Assembly: GCA_038231455.1 (NCBI GenBank) | Contig: JBBRLI010000022.1 | Location: 1-47,318 of the forward strand | DNA length: 47,318 bases | Direction: 5' to 3' | From: Vulcanimicrobiales bacterium | GTDB lineage: Bacteria > Vulcanimicrobiota > Vulcanimicrobiia > Vulcanimicrobiales > Vulcanimicrobiaceae | Part shown: in pieces, positions 16,769 through 24,548 of the stretch | Position numbering within the stretch: position 1 is the first letter of the stretch | Layout of the letters: the number at the start of each line of letters is the position of its first letter | The notes under the pieces: generated by a model | What the model was told of the DNA's origin: nothing | Database searches by the model: none | What the model saw: the letters and a program-made list of their open reading frames with translations, nothing else | Position numbers and translations under genes: made by a program

Positions 16769-16847
16769 CGTCGCCGCGAAGAAGAAGAGGTAATCTCTCC
16801 CAGACTGACGCGTTTCTTGCCCCTAGCGCCTTGCGCCGGGAGTTTTT
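16769..16847 (+). repeat. rpsM 3'-end direct repeat, copy 3, with decayed terminator (attR-like)
   Basis: Hand alignment to 86-174 gives about 70 of ~80 positions identical plus one 9-nt gap; reads VAAKKKR* then TAATCTCTCCC...GCCCCTAGCGCCTTGCGCCGGGAGTTTTT. Confidence 0.9.
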
Positions 16848-16860
16848 GTTGCCTTATGAT
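16831..16860 (+). promoter_or_regulatory. sigma70-type promoter for a leaderless transcript
   Basis: TTGCGC(16831-36)-N18-TATGAT(16855-60)-6 nt-ATG(16867); no Shine-Dalgarno. Confidence 0.5.
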
Positions 16861-16866
16861 GCGGGC

Positions 16867-17568
16867 ATGGGTGCTTTCTTCTTGGCCTTGTTTCTCGCCG
16901 GTGCGGACCCGACAGGCACGTGCGCGGATCCGAACGTTCCGACGCGCGCGATCAAGCTCGCGCCGCCGGACTCTCCCGGCGTCTACGGCACCGTCGACAT
17001 TCTTGTGAGACTCGACGCGGCATCGAACGTCACGAACGTCGAGGTTGAGAGGAGCGACGAGCCGCTGATGAACGCCTTCGTCGTTTCGGCCGCGAAGCGA
17101 AGCACGTTCGCGACGCAGATCGTAAACTGCGAGCCGGTGGCGTCCGTCTATCGACTGTCGTTGAGTATGGGCCGCGACCGACCGGCCGCCTCACCGCCCA
17201 AATCCGAGACCGATCCCTTCCAGTACCTTAGCGGATCCTGGACCTGCACCGACACTCACAACGGCAATGTGTCCGCCGAAGTTTTTACGCCCGATCCCGC
17301 ATCGTCAACGATCGCGCACGGAATCGGCAGCCGCACTGAGACGTTCGCAAACGTCTTGGGCGTGTGGCATCTTCGCAATGCAGACGGCACAATCGATGAG
17401 ACCGCGCGGTCGTGGGCTCGGCATTGGTTCTTCCAAGGAACGGTCGCCGGAAAACCAGCCGCAACGTCCTATAGCCGCATCAATCCGAATTCGTTCGTGC
17501 GAAGTACTGACGACCCGAGCACGGCCTACGGAACGTACAGACTAGAGACGTGCACACGGGCGAAATAG
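16867..17568 (+). CDS. Exported protein with TonB C-terminal-like domain plus an unknown C-terminal domain
   Basis: Short hydrophobic N-terminus, GTVDILVRLDAASNVTNVEVERS...LMNAFVVSAAKRSTF pattern; second domain begins FQYLSGSWTC. Confidence 0.6.
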   Translation: MGAFFLALFLAGADPTGTCADPNVPTRAIKLAPPDSPGVYGTVDILVRLDAASNVTNVEVERSDEPLMNAFVVSAAKRSTFATQIVNCEPVASVYRLSLSMGRDRPAASPPKSETDPFQYLSGSWTCTDTHNGNVSAEVFTPDPASSTIAHGIGSRTETFANVLGVWHLRNADGTIDETARSWARHWFFQGTVAGKPAATSYSRINPNSFVRSTDDPSTAYGTYRLETCTRAK

Positions 17569-17721
17569 CCGCCTGCACATCTCGCCTACCGTTTATTGTC
17601 TTTTCGTAAATCGGCTGCATTCGCGAAACCGCCGGCCATGTTGAAGCGCTTATCGCCAATCGCGGAATGTCGTCGTCATCGAAAACGTGGAGCGATTCGG
17701 GCGGACGGGGCCGAATGAGGA

Positions 17722-18165
17722 ATGATGAACGAACACGATTTTGCGGGCTTCGATCACATCGACTTGCGCGTGCACGATCTTGCGGCTGCCCGGCCGCTCT
17801 ACGACGCGCTGCTTCCGGCGCTGGGTCTTACGGACATCCACGAGACCGACGGCGCCATTGAATACTACGAGCCCCGGCGCATCGACGCGCCGACGCGCTT
17901 CTTTGGCTTGAATGCGTCTCCTGGTCACCGCGGCGACGCTTCCCGTCTTGCGCTTACGGCGCGGTCTGCTGCGGATGTCGATCGACTGGCTTCGATCGCC
18001 ACAGCGGCGGGTGCGAAGCAGCTCGAGGGTCCGGAGATACCGTATTCCTTGGAGCAATATTATGCAGCGTTCTTCGAGGATGCAAGCGGGAACAAGCTCG
18101 AAATTTGTTATCGCCGTCGCCACCAAGACGCAGTCGAGGACGACGTGGCAATGAACGGCGATTAG
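17722..18165 (+). CDS. VOC/glyoxalase family protein
   Basis: FDHIDLRVHDL...YYAAFFEDASGNKLEIC. Confidence 0.9.
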   Translation: MMNEHDFAGFDHIDLRVHDLAAARPLYDALLPALGLTDIHETDGAIEYYEPRRIDAPTRFFGLNASPGHRGDASRLALTARSAADVDRLASIATAAGAKQLEGPEIPYSLEQYYAAFFEDASGNKLEICYRRRHQDAVEDDVAMNGD

Positions 18166-18174
18166 CCGCGCGGG

Positions 18175-18215
18175 AAACGAAAAAGACGCTCCCGCGAGGA
18201 AGCGTCGTTTTCGGT
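18175..18215. terminator. Bidirectional terminator between VOC and fasciclin genes
   Basis: AAAAA-GACGCTCC-CGCGA-GGAAGCGTC-GTTTT imperfect stem flanked by A and T runs. Confidence 0.6.
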
Positions 18216-18241
18216 TCAACGTCGAAGAGCGACGCCGATGA

Positions 18242-18643
18242 CTACTTGGGAAGAATGACCGCGTCGATCACGTGAATCACGCCGTTGTCGGCATTGACAT
18301 CGGTTGCGATGACGTTGGCTTCGTTGATTTTCACGCCGCCGTTGACGTGAATGTGAACGTCGCTGCCTTCGACGGTTGTGGCCTTGGTGAGCTTGACGAC
18401 GTCAGCGGCCATGACTTTGCCCGCGACGACATGATACGTGAGGATCTTCGTGAGCTGCGGAATGTCCGCGAGCAGACCTTCGACCGTGCCGGCCGGAAGT
18501 TTTGCAAATGCTTCGTCGTTCGGCGCGAACACGGTGAACGGTCCCGGACCGCTGAGCGTGTCGGCAAGACCGGCAGCTTTGACTGCGGCAACGAGCGTGT
18601 TGAACGTGCCGGCGGAGACGGCTGTTTCTACGATATTTGACAT
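18242..18643 (-). CDS. Fasciclin (FAS1) domain protein
   Basis: [33 protein letters not shown]; no signal peptide. Confidence 0.95.
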   Translation of the reverse strand: MSNIVETAVSAGTFNTLVAAVKAAGLADTLSGPGPFTVFAPNDEAFAKLPAGTVEGLLADIPQLTKILTYHVVAGKVMAADVVKLTKATTVEGSDVHIHVNGGVKINEANVIATDVNADNGVIHVIDAVILPK

Positions 18644-18797
18644 GCGAGCCTCGTCTAGTTTCAAGTGTGAAATCGTAAACGTCGGCGCCGACGAATGACA
18701 ACCCGACCATAGGACCGAGTCAAAACAGCATTCGTTCCGCTAAATCGACTCATCGATCAAAAAATAAGGTAACGTTAATACACGACGCTTGCTTCGT

Positions 18798-20561
18798 TTA
18801 CGCCAGCGAGTTCCGGTGCCGATCGTAGAGTGCGGTGAAAGCCGGTTCGGTGAGCGGTTGCGTCGAAAAATAACCCTGCCAGTATCCGCAACCGATCGCA
18901 GCGAGCTTGTCGCGGTCGGACGCCGTCTCGACTCCTTCGGCGACGATCGTCATACCGACTTTGCTTCCCATCGTAACGACCGCTTCGACGATCGCGGCGT
19001 CATGCAGATTCGATGCGATATCGGTCACGAAGCTCCGATCGATTTTGATGATATCGATCGGCAGGCGCTTGAGATAGTGCAGCGAGGAGTATCCGGTGCC
19101 GAAGTCATCGACCGCTAAACGGACGCCGAACGTTCGCAAACGGTTCAGTCCGAGCGTCGTGCGAGGGCTCAGATCGACGAGAGCGTTTTCGGTGATTTCG
19201 AGGGTCAGAAATGTCGGGTCGAGTCCATTCATCCGACACGTCTTTTCGACCAATCCCACAAACCCGGGATCGTCAAATTGCAATGGTGAGACGTTGACGT
19301 TGACGCTAATGCGTCTGCCCGCTCGATGCCAGGCGCCGGCCGCGCGGATCGCGTCTTCGAGAATCCACGCCCCGAGCGGAACGATCAGCCGACTTTCTTC
19401 TGCGATCCTAATGTACTCTGCGGTCGTGCTTGTGAACTCCGCAGCCCGTGTCCAACGTAGGAGTGCCTCGGCAGCAATGATGTCGCCGCTCGAGACCTCA
19501 ATGACGGGCTGGTAATTTAGCGAAAAACCTCCTGAGGTAAGGGACTCGCGCAGTGCGAGTTCCACACGCATGCGACGCGTCGCTTCGCGCTGTAGCTGCG
19601 GGGCGAAGAGATGGATCCGATTGCCGCCCTCGCTTTTAGCCTGATATATCGCCATATCGGCATGTTGGATGAGGACCTGCGGGTCGCGATCGTCGTGATC
19701 GATCACACTCACGCCAACGCTTGCGGTGACATGATGCTCGAGCCCGTCGATTTCGAAGGGCTTTTCTAGTGCTATCAAGATTTGGTTCGCTCGTTCGATC
19801 AATTCTGATTGATTGGCGAACTGCTCGATGACGACGATGAATTCGTCTCCGCCCGGGCGCGCGAGCATGTCGCCCGATCGCACGATCTTTCCAAGCCGTG
19901 TGGCGACCGCAATGAGAATGTCATCACCAACGCGATGACCGTAGGTGTCGTTGATGCGTTTAAAGCGGTCGATGTCGATAAAGGCAACCGCGGACTGCAT
20001 CCCATCGCTAGCCGGTCGCTCGCAGGTGTGCGCCAACCGTTCTTCAAGCGCGGCCCGATTGGGAAGATTCGTTAGCGCGTCGTGCCTTGCCATATGCGCG
20101 ACCAGGCGCTCCGATCGGCGTCGGTCGGAGACGTCGGTTGCGAGGACGAGTCGACATAAGCGATCCCCGAACTCAAGCGAATGCGAGGTGATCGAAACGT
20201 CGATAATGGATCCGTCGCGTTTGCGATGTTGCCATCCCTCGCTGTGCGAGATCGCGGCGGGTAAGCTGCGTAGATCGGCCTTCAGGCGCTCGCGATCGCC
20301 TTCGGGACGAATCGCCATGATGGTCATTGCCAAAAATTCTTCGCGGGTGTAGCCATAGTGCTCGCAAGCGAACTCGTTGACTTCGACAAAGCGCAGCGTC
20401 TTCAAGTCGTACACCCACATGGGTGCCGGATTTCGAAAAAAGAACAACGGGTCGGCGGCGAGCTGCGTCGTCGGTTTGGCAGCCGCACGGCGCGACCAAA
20501 ATGTCGGCATGAAAAGCCGGGTAGCAAAGGTTGTGGCACGCGACGCAAATGCGGCTATCAC
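18798..20561 (-). CDS. PAS-GGDEF-EAL c-di-GMP enzyme
   Basis: PAS (NPAPMWVYD...VN..AC), GGDEF, EALLRW, DDFGTGYSSL, AEGVE. Start uncertain (20588 TTG, 20561 GTG or 20510 ATG). Confidence 0.95.
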   Translation of the reverse strand: MIAAFASRATTFATRLFMPTFWSRRAAAKPTTQLAADPLFFFRNPAPMWVYDLKTLRFVEVNEFACEHYGYTREEFLAMTIMAIRPEGDRERLKADLRSLPAAISHSEGWQHRKRDGSIIDVSITSHSLEFGDRLCRLVLATDVSDRRRSERLVAHMARHDALTNLPNRAALEERLAHTCERPASDGMQSAVAFIDIDRFKRINDTYGHRVGDDILIAVATRLGKIVRSGDMLARPGGDEFIVVIEQFANQSELIERANQILIALEKPFEIDGLEHHVTASVGVSVIDHDDRDPQVLIQHADMAIYQAKSEGGNRIHLFAPQLQREATRRMRVELALRESLTSGGFSLNYQPVIEVSSGDIIAAEALLRWTRAAEFTSTTAEYIRIAEESRLIVPLGAWILEDAIRAAGAWHRAGRRISVNVNVSPLQFDDPGFVGLVEKTCRMNGLDPTFLTLEITENALVDLSPRTTLGLNRLRTFGVRLAVDDFGTGYSSLHYLKRLPIDIIKIDRSFVTDIASNLHDAAIVEAVVTMGSKVGMTIVAEGVETASDRDKLAAIGCGYWQGYFSTQPLTEPAFTALYDRHRNSLA

Positions 20562-20568
20562 ACTCTGT

Positions 20569-20596
20569 CTATCGGCACGTACGTCCAAAACATCTA
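20569..20596 (-). promoter_or_regulatory. sigma28/FliA-like promoter
   Basis: Minus strand TAGA-N16-GCCGATAG. Confidence 0.5.
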
Positions 20597-20618
20597 CGGG
20601 GACGCCCCGCCGCTTACC

Positions 20619-21575
20619 TTACCCCTCGAGCGATAACTCGCTGCCGATCGCGCGCGCGACACAGCGGTCGTAGATGATATTCGCAAGCGCGATGTCCCAG
20701 AGTCCGATCCCAAGCGATTCGAAAAGCGTGACCTGATCGTCGCTCGTGCGGGCCGGCGATGTCCCGGCTACGACCTCCGCGAGTCGTCGCGCACGTTCCC
20801 AAGTGAATACCCCGTCCTTAACGGCCTCGGTAAGGTCGCCCGACTCGATGCGGATTTGCGCGAGATCTTCGGCGACGACGATGTCCGCTCGACGCACCGT
20901 CTCCGCATCGATCTCACGCGCCCACAGACGATTCGAGCCAGCGGCGTTGACATGCGTTCCGGGCTGAAGCCAGCCGCCTTCGAACACGGGGTCGCTGGAG
21001 CCCGTCATCGTGACCACGATATCGGCGGTTTCAATCGCTTCGCGTGCCGTCAAGGCGGCGACGACGTCGATGCCGAGTTCGTGCTGAATTTCAGATGCAA
21101 ACGTCTTGCGTCGGTCTTCGTTGCGGCCGAACACAACGACGCGATCGATCGGGCGAACGGCGCAGATCGCGGCGATTTGCGTGCGCGCTTGATAGCCGGT
21201 CCCAATGACGCCAAGCGTCGTTGAATTCTCCCGCGCAAGCACCCTTGAGGCAATTCCCGATGCGGCGCCGGTGCGCAATTGGCCAAGGCGATCCGCCTCG
21301 ATGATCGCAAGCCACTCGCCGGTCGCAGCGTACAAGTGCACCCAGAACTTTGCTCCGCGCTTCGCACTCGTATACGTTTTGTACCCGAGTCGGTGATCGA
21401 TCGTCGCGGGAAGCATGTGGAGAATCGTTCCCGCGTCACCATCGCGCACGCGGGCACGCGGTGAATTTTGCGCGCGGCCCGCAGCAAGTTCACGACACGC
21501 ATGATCCACGGCCGCGAGCGCGTCAGCCATGCTCGCCACGCTTGCGACCTGGGCTTCGGTAATGTAGCGGATCAC
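20619..21575 (-). CDS. Ornithine cyclodeaminase / mu-crystallin family protein
   Basis: RTGAAS, GTGYQA, GTHVNAAGS, TLFESLGIGLWD motifs. Confidence 0.92.
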   Translation of the reverse strand: MIRYITEAQVASVASMADALAAVDHACRELAAGRAQNSPRARVRDGDAGTILHMLPATIDHRLGYKTYTSAKRGAKFWVHLYAATGEWLAIIEADRLGQLRTGAASGIASRVLARENSTTLGVIGTGYQARTQIAAICAVRPIDRVVVFGRNEDRRKTFASEIQHELGIDVVAALTAREAIETADIVVTMTGSSDPVFEGGWLQPGTHVNAAGSNRLWAREIDAETVRRADIVVAEDLAQIRIESGDLTEAVKDGVFTWERARRLAEVVAGTSPARTSDDQVTLFESLGIGLWDIALANIIYDRCVARAIGSELSLEG

Positions 21576-22424
21576 TTACTTGACGTATTTGGCGGCGATC
21601 GCGCCCATGTCATCGCCGCCGCGTCCCGCTTCGATCGAGCGATCGAGGACGCCGGCAATCGTCGGCAGTGTGTCAAGGGTAACACCGTGCACGGCCGCCT
21701 CTTCGATCATCAGGCGAATGTCTTTGCGCGCCATCGTCATCTCAAATGCCGCGGCGAAATCACCGGCCGCCATTTTCTTGCCGCGACCCGCAATCATATT
21801 GCCGGGATTAAACGTCGAGAAGAGTTCCATCGCTTCGGGCGCTTTGATCCCAAGCGACTGCGCGAGCGCGAAGACATCCGAGAGTCCGCTTGCGATGAAA
21901 AAGAGCATCATGTTGCCGAAGAGTTTGTACGAAGCAGCCGCGTCCAAGCGATCGCCCAGATACAAGACGGTCGTTGTCATTTTCTGCAGTTGGGGTTCGA
22001 GCGAATCGAAGATCGACTTCGGACCCGATGCGAGCATGATCCCCGTGCCGTCGCGCGTATTCGCCGGACCCATGAACACCGGTGCGTGCTGGAACCTCAC
22101 TCCACGCGCAGCGAGACGCTCCGCCCGCGCTTTGGTCGGCGTCGGCGCCGTCGTCGTATGATCGATAACGATCGCACCCGATTCGAGCGATCCGAGAATT
22201 TTCTCGAGCACGCCATCCACCGAGGCATCGTCGGAGAGCGAGAGGTGGATGCGTTTTGCGCCTTTCGCGGCCTCCGCCGGATCCGCAAAAGCGTGCGCGC
22301 CGTCGGCTTCGAGGGCCTTCGCTTTCTCGACGCTCCGGTTCCACACGTTCACTTCCTCGCCGAATTCGCGCTGTTTGCGCACGAAGCCGGTGCCCATCAG
22401 ACCTGTTCCATACCATGCAATCAT
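21576..22424 (-). CDS. NAD(P)-dependent beta-hydroxyacid dehydrogenase family protein
   Basis: GTGLMG Rossmann motif, WNRS, HAPVFMG, catalytic YKLFGN, F...MARKD. Confidence 0.88.
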   Translation of the reverse strand: MIAWYGTGLMGTGFVRKQREFGEEVNVWNRSVEKAKALEADGAHAFADPAEAAKGAKRIHLSLSDDASVDGVLEKILGSLESGAIVIDHTTTAPTPTKARAERLAARGVRFQHAPVFMGPANTRDGTGIMLASGPKSIFDSLEPQLQKMTTTVLYLGDRLDAAASYKLFGNMMLFFIASGLSDVFALAQSLGIKAPEAMELFSTFNPGNMIAGRGKKMAAGDFAAAFEMTMARKDIRLMIEEAAVHGVTLDTLPTIAGVLDRSIEAGRGGDDMGAIAAKYVK

Positions 22425-22479
22425 CGAGCGCTAAGACCGGAAGTCTCGACACGGGGTTTCGCCCGCTACGCGCGTCGAT

Positions 22480-23136
22480 TTAGTTCGCTTCGTACCGCTC
22501 GTAGTCCACGACCTCGGCGAGGGGCACGCGGCTCTCCCAGCCCTCACGTTGAAGGTCCGGCTCGCGCGCGAACCCCGCCGTGTAGCCGACACACAGATAC
22601 CCCACGATCGCAATGTCGCTCGGAATTCCGAGTATCGTGCGCAAGTGGCCGGGATCGATGATGCTCACCCAGCCGACTCCGAGGCCCTCGACCCGTGCAG
22701 CAAGCCAGAGATTCGCGATCGCGCAAACGGCGGAATACCGCAGCGTCTCGGGCATCGTTGCTCTGCCGAGTCCCGTGCCGCGTTCGGCATCGTCATCGCA
22801 CGTCACGCAGATCCCGATCGGCGCAGAGCGGATGCCCTCAAGACGGAGCCTGCGATAAAGCTCCGCGCGATCGTCCGCATACGATGCAGCAGCATGCTCG
22901 TTTGCGGCGAGAAACGCATCGTAGATGGAGGCGCGCGTCGCCGCGTCGCGCACGACGATGAAACGCCAGGGCTGCGAGAGTCCGACCGACGGGGCGAGAT
23001 GCGCCGCACCGAGGACACGAAGTAAAACCTCGGCGGCGACCGGCTCGTCGAGAAATTCCGCGCGCACGTCACGTCGTTCGCGAATCGCTCGATACACGGC
23101 AGCCCGTTCGTCCTCGGAGAAAGTATTGGTTTCCAC
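22480..23136 (-). CDS. bluB: 5,6-dimethylbenzimidazole synthase
   Basis: ERAAVYRAIRERRDVR, APSVGLSQPWRF, LRLEGI, GLGRATMPE, NLWLAARVEGLGVGWVS. Start GTG 23136 (ORF is open to 23181). Confidence 0.92.
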   Translation of the reverse strand: METNTFSEDERAAVYRAIRERRDVRAEFLDEPVAAEVLLRVLGAAHLAPSVGLSQPWRFIVVRDAATRASIYDAFLAANEHAAASYADDRAELYRRLRLEGIRSAPIGICVTCDDDAERGTGLGRATMPETLRYSAVCAIANLWLAARVEGLGVGWVSIIDPGHLRTILGIPSDIAIVGYLCVGYTAGFAREPDLQREGWESRVPLAEVVDYERYEAN

Positions 23137-23199
23137 GGTTAGAAGAATCGCTTCTGCGATGAGTGAAAACGACCCGCGCATCAGGCGCGGGTCTCCGTG

Positions 23200-24057
23200 C
23201 TACGCCGGTTGTTTCAGACGAAAGAGCGCGGCATTTGTTTGCGCCCACTGCGCGAACGTACGTGGAGCACGGCCCGTCAACCGCTCGACGTCGGGAGAAA
23301 CTCCAGCATGGTGACCGGCGCGTACAGAACGGTAGAGTTCGACGAGGCCCCCGGCGTACCACGGTGGCACGCCCGCTTCGAGAAGCGATGCGCGGAACGC
23401 GTCTTCGGGCACATCGATAAACCGAACGCTGTGCCCCGCAACGTCGCTCAGCGTAGCGGCAAAGTCCGCGCCTGAGAGCGCTGCGGGACCGGTGATCTCA
23501 TAGGTTTTCCCGGCATGGGCGGCCGGGTTTTCGGCGACTGCGAGCGCAGCCGCGGCGATGTCGGCGGTGTCGACTTGTCCCATGCTTGCGGTTCCCATTG
23601 CCTGCGGAAAGATGCCGGCGCGAATCGGATCGATAAGACCGAGGGCATTCTGCATGAAGAAGGTCGGCCGGAGGATCGTCGCTGGAATGCGCGCTGAGGC
23701 GAGATGCTGCTCGACGCGTTGGTGGAGATCGGATAAAGTCGTCCCGTCGAGTTGGGCTGCCTCCACGGAGAGTTTGATGACGTGTACGCCCGCCTTGTGG
23801 GCGGCATCGGCAATCGCGATCTCCTGATCCGCTTGCTCGGGGCTCCCGGGGGTGACCAAAAAAATGCTGGTCGTTCCCGCGAGGGCGGGGGCATACGTCG
23901 CTGGATCGCTCAGGTCGAAATCGACGCGCTCCGTCGGTGCGATCGCGAATGTCGAGCTTGCGCGGGCGAATGCCCGAACGGCGATACCCCGCTCGCGAGC
24001 GGCAGTGAGAAAGGCGGTGCCGACTTTTCCGGTCGGCGCGGTCAATGCGATGCTCAT
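23200..24057 (-). CDS. NmrA-like / atypical SDR NAD(P)H-binding oxidoreductase
   Basis: TAPTGKVG, ATILRPTFFMQN, VDTADIA, YEITGP, LTGRAPRTF. Confidence 0.9.
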   Translation of the reverse strand: MSIALTAPTGKVGTAFLTAARERGIAVRAFARASSTFAIAPTERVDFDLSDPATYAPALAGTTSIFLVTPGSPEQADQEIAIADAAHKAGVHVIKLSVEAAQLDGTTLSDLHQRVEQHLASARIPATILRPTFFMQNALGLIDPIRAGIFPQAMGTASMGQVDTADIAAAALAVAENPAAHAGKTYEITGPAALSGADFAATLSDVAGHSVRFIDVPEDAFRASLLEAGVPPWYAGGLVELYRSVRAGHHAGVSPDVERLTGRAPRTFAQWAQTNAALFRLKQPA

Positions 24058-24058
24058 G

Positions 24059-24109
24059 TACTTACCCTAGGAAAGTATATGCCAAAGTGCAAGTACTTAC
24101 TTGTGAGTA
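24059..24109. promoter_or_regulatory. Leaderless promoter of the NmrA gene with HxlR-type inverted repeats
   Basis: Minus strand TTGCAC(24092-87)-N17-TAGGGT(24069-64)-6 nt-ATG; inverted repeats TACTTAC-N5-GAAAGTA (24059-77) and TACTTAC-N2-GTGAGTA (24094-109). Confidence 0.6.
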
Positions 24110-24492
24110 CGCTCCTAACCACACCGGATCGCAGCATCCCCGATTTGCTCGATCCGTTATGCCCGACGCGCCAAGTGGTCGATGCAATCGGCGATAAATG
24201 GACATCGATCTTGATCATCTTTCTCGATCTGCTCGGCCCCACGCGATTCAACGAACTCGCTCGTCACGCGCAGATTTCGTTCAAGGTGCTCACGGCGGTG
24301 CTGCGCCGGCTCGAACGCGACGGATTCGTCACGCGAACCGTCGTGCCGACGCGGCCGCCCGCGGTAACGTATGCGCTCACGCCGCTCGGAATCTCGTTGC
24401 TCCCGGTGCTTGCAACCGTTCGCGTTTGGGCGGAGGCCAACGTTCCAAAGATCGCCGAGGCGCGTGTGAAGCACGACCGCAGCGCTCTGTAA
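24079..24492 (+). CDS. HxlR/DUF24 winged-helix regulator
   Basis: CPTRQVVDAIGDKW, RFNEL, L..LERDG.V.R, PPAVTYALT.LG. Start is 24079 ATG or 24103 GTG. Confidence 0.92.
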   Translation: MPKCKYLLVSTLLTTPDRSIPDLLDPLCPTRQVVDAIGDKWTSILIIFLDLLGPTRFNELARHAQISFKVLTAVLRRLERDGFVTRTVVPTRPPAVTYALTPLGISLLPVLATVRVWAEANVPKIAEARVKHDRSAL

Positions 24493-24522
24493 AAAAGCCC
24501 GCGAGCACAGCGTGCTCGCGAG
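24491..24522. terminator. Terminator hairpin between convergent hxlR and ice-binding gene
   Basis: CGCGAGCAC-AGC-GTGCTCGCG stem with an A6 run a few nt to its left (U-tract on the minus strand). Confidence 0.6.
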
Positions 24523-24548
24523 CCGGGGATGTTCGCTCTTGCTAGAGG

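Larger units (their letters stand above)
120..16847. mobile_element. Putative tandem genomic islands integrated at the rpsM 3' end (no integrase in window)
   Basis: Bounded and subdivided by three direct copies of the rpsM 3' end; accessory cargo; interrupts the rpsM-rpsK linkage. Confidence 0.55.

Noticed and set aside
16717-16866. N-terminal extension of the TonB-C ORF
   Set aside because: It reads through the rpsM repeat and terminator remnant; ATG 16867 has a -10 element and begins the hydrophobic leader.
18660-18720. Possible ECF-sigma promoter and GTCGGCGCCGAC palindrome upstream of the fasciclin gene
   Set aside because: Match too loose to support without the cognate sigma factor.
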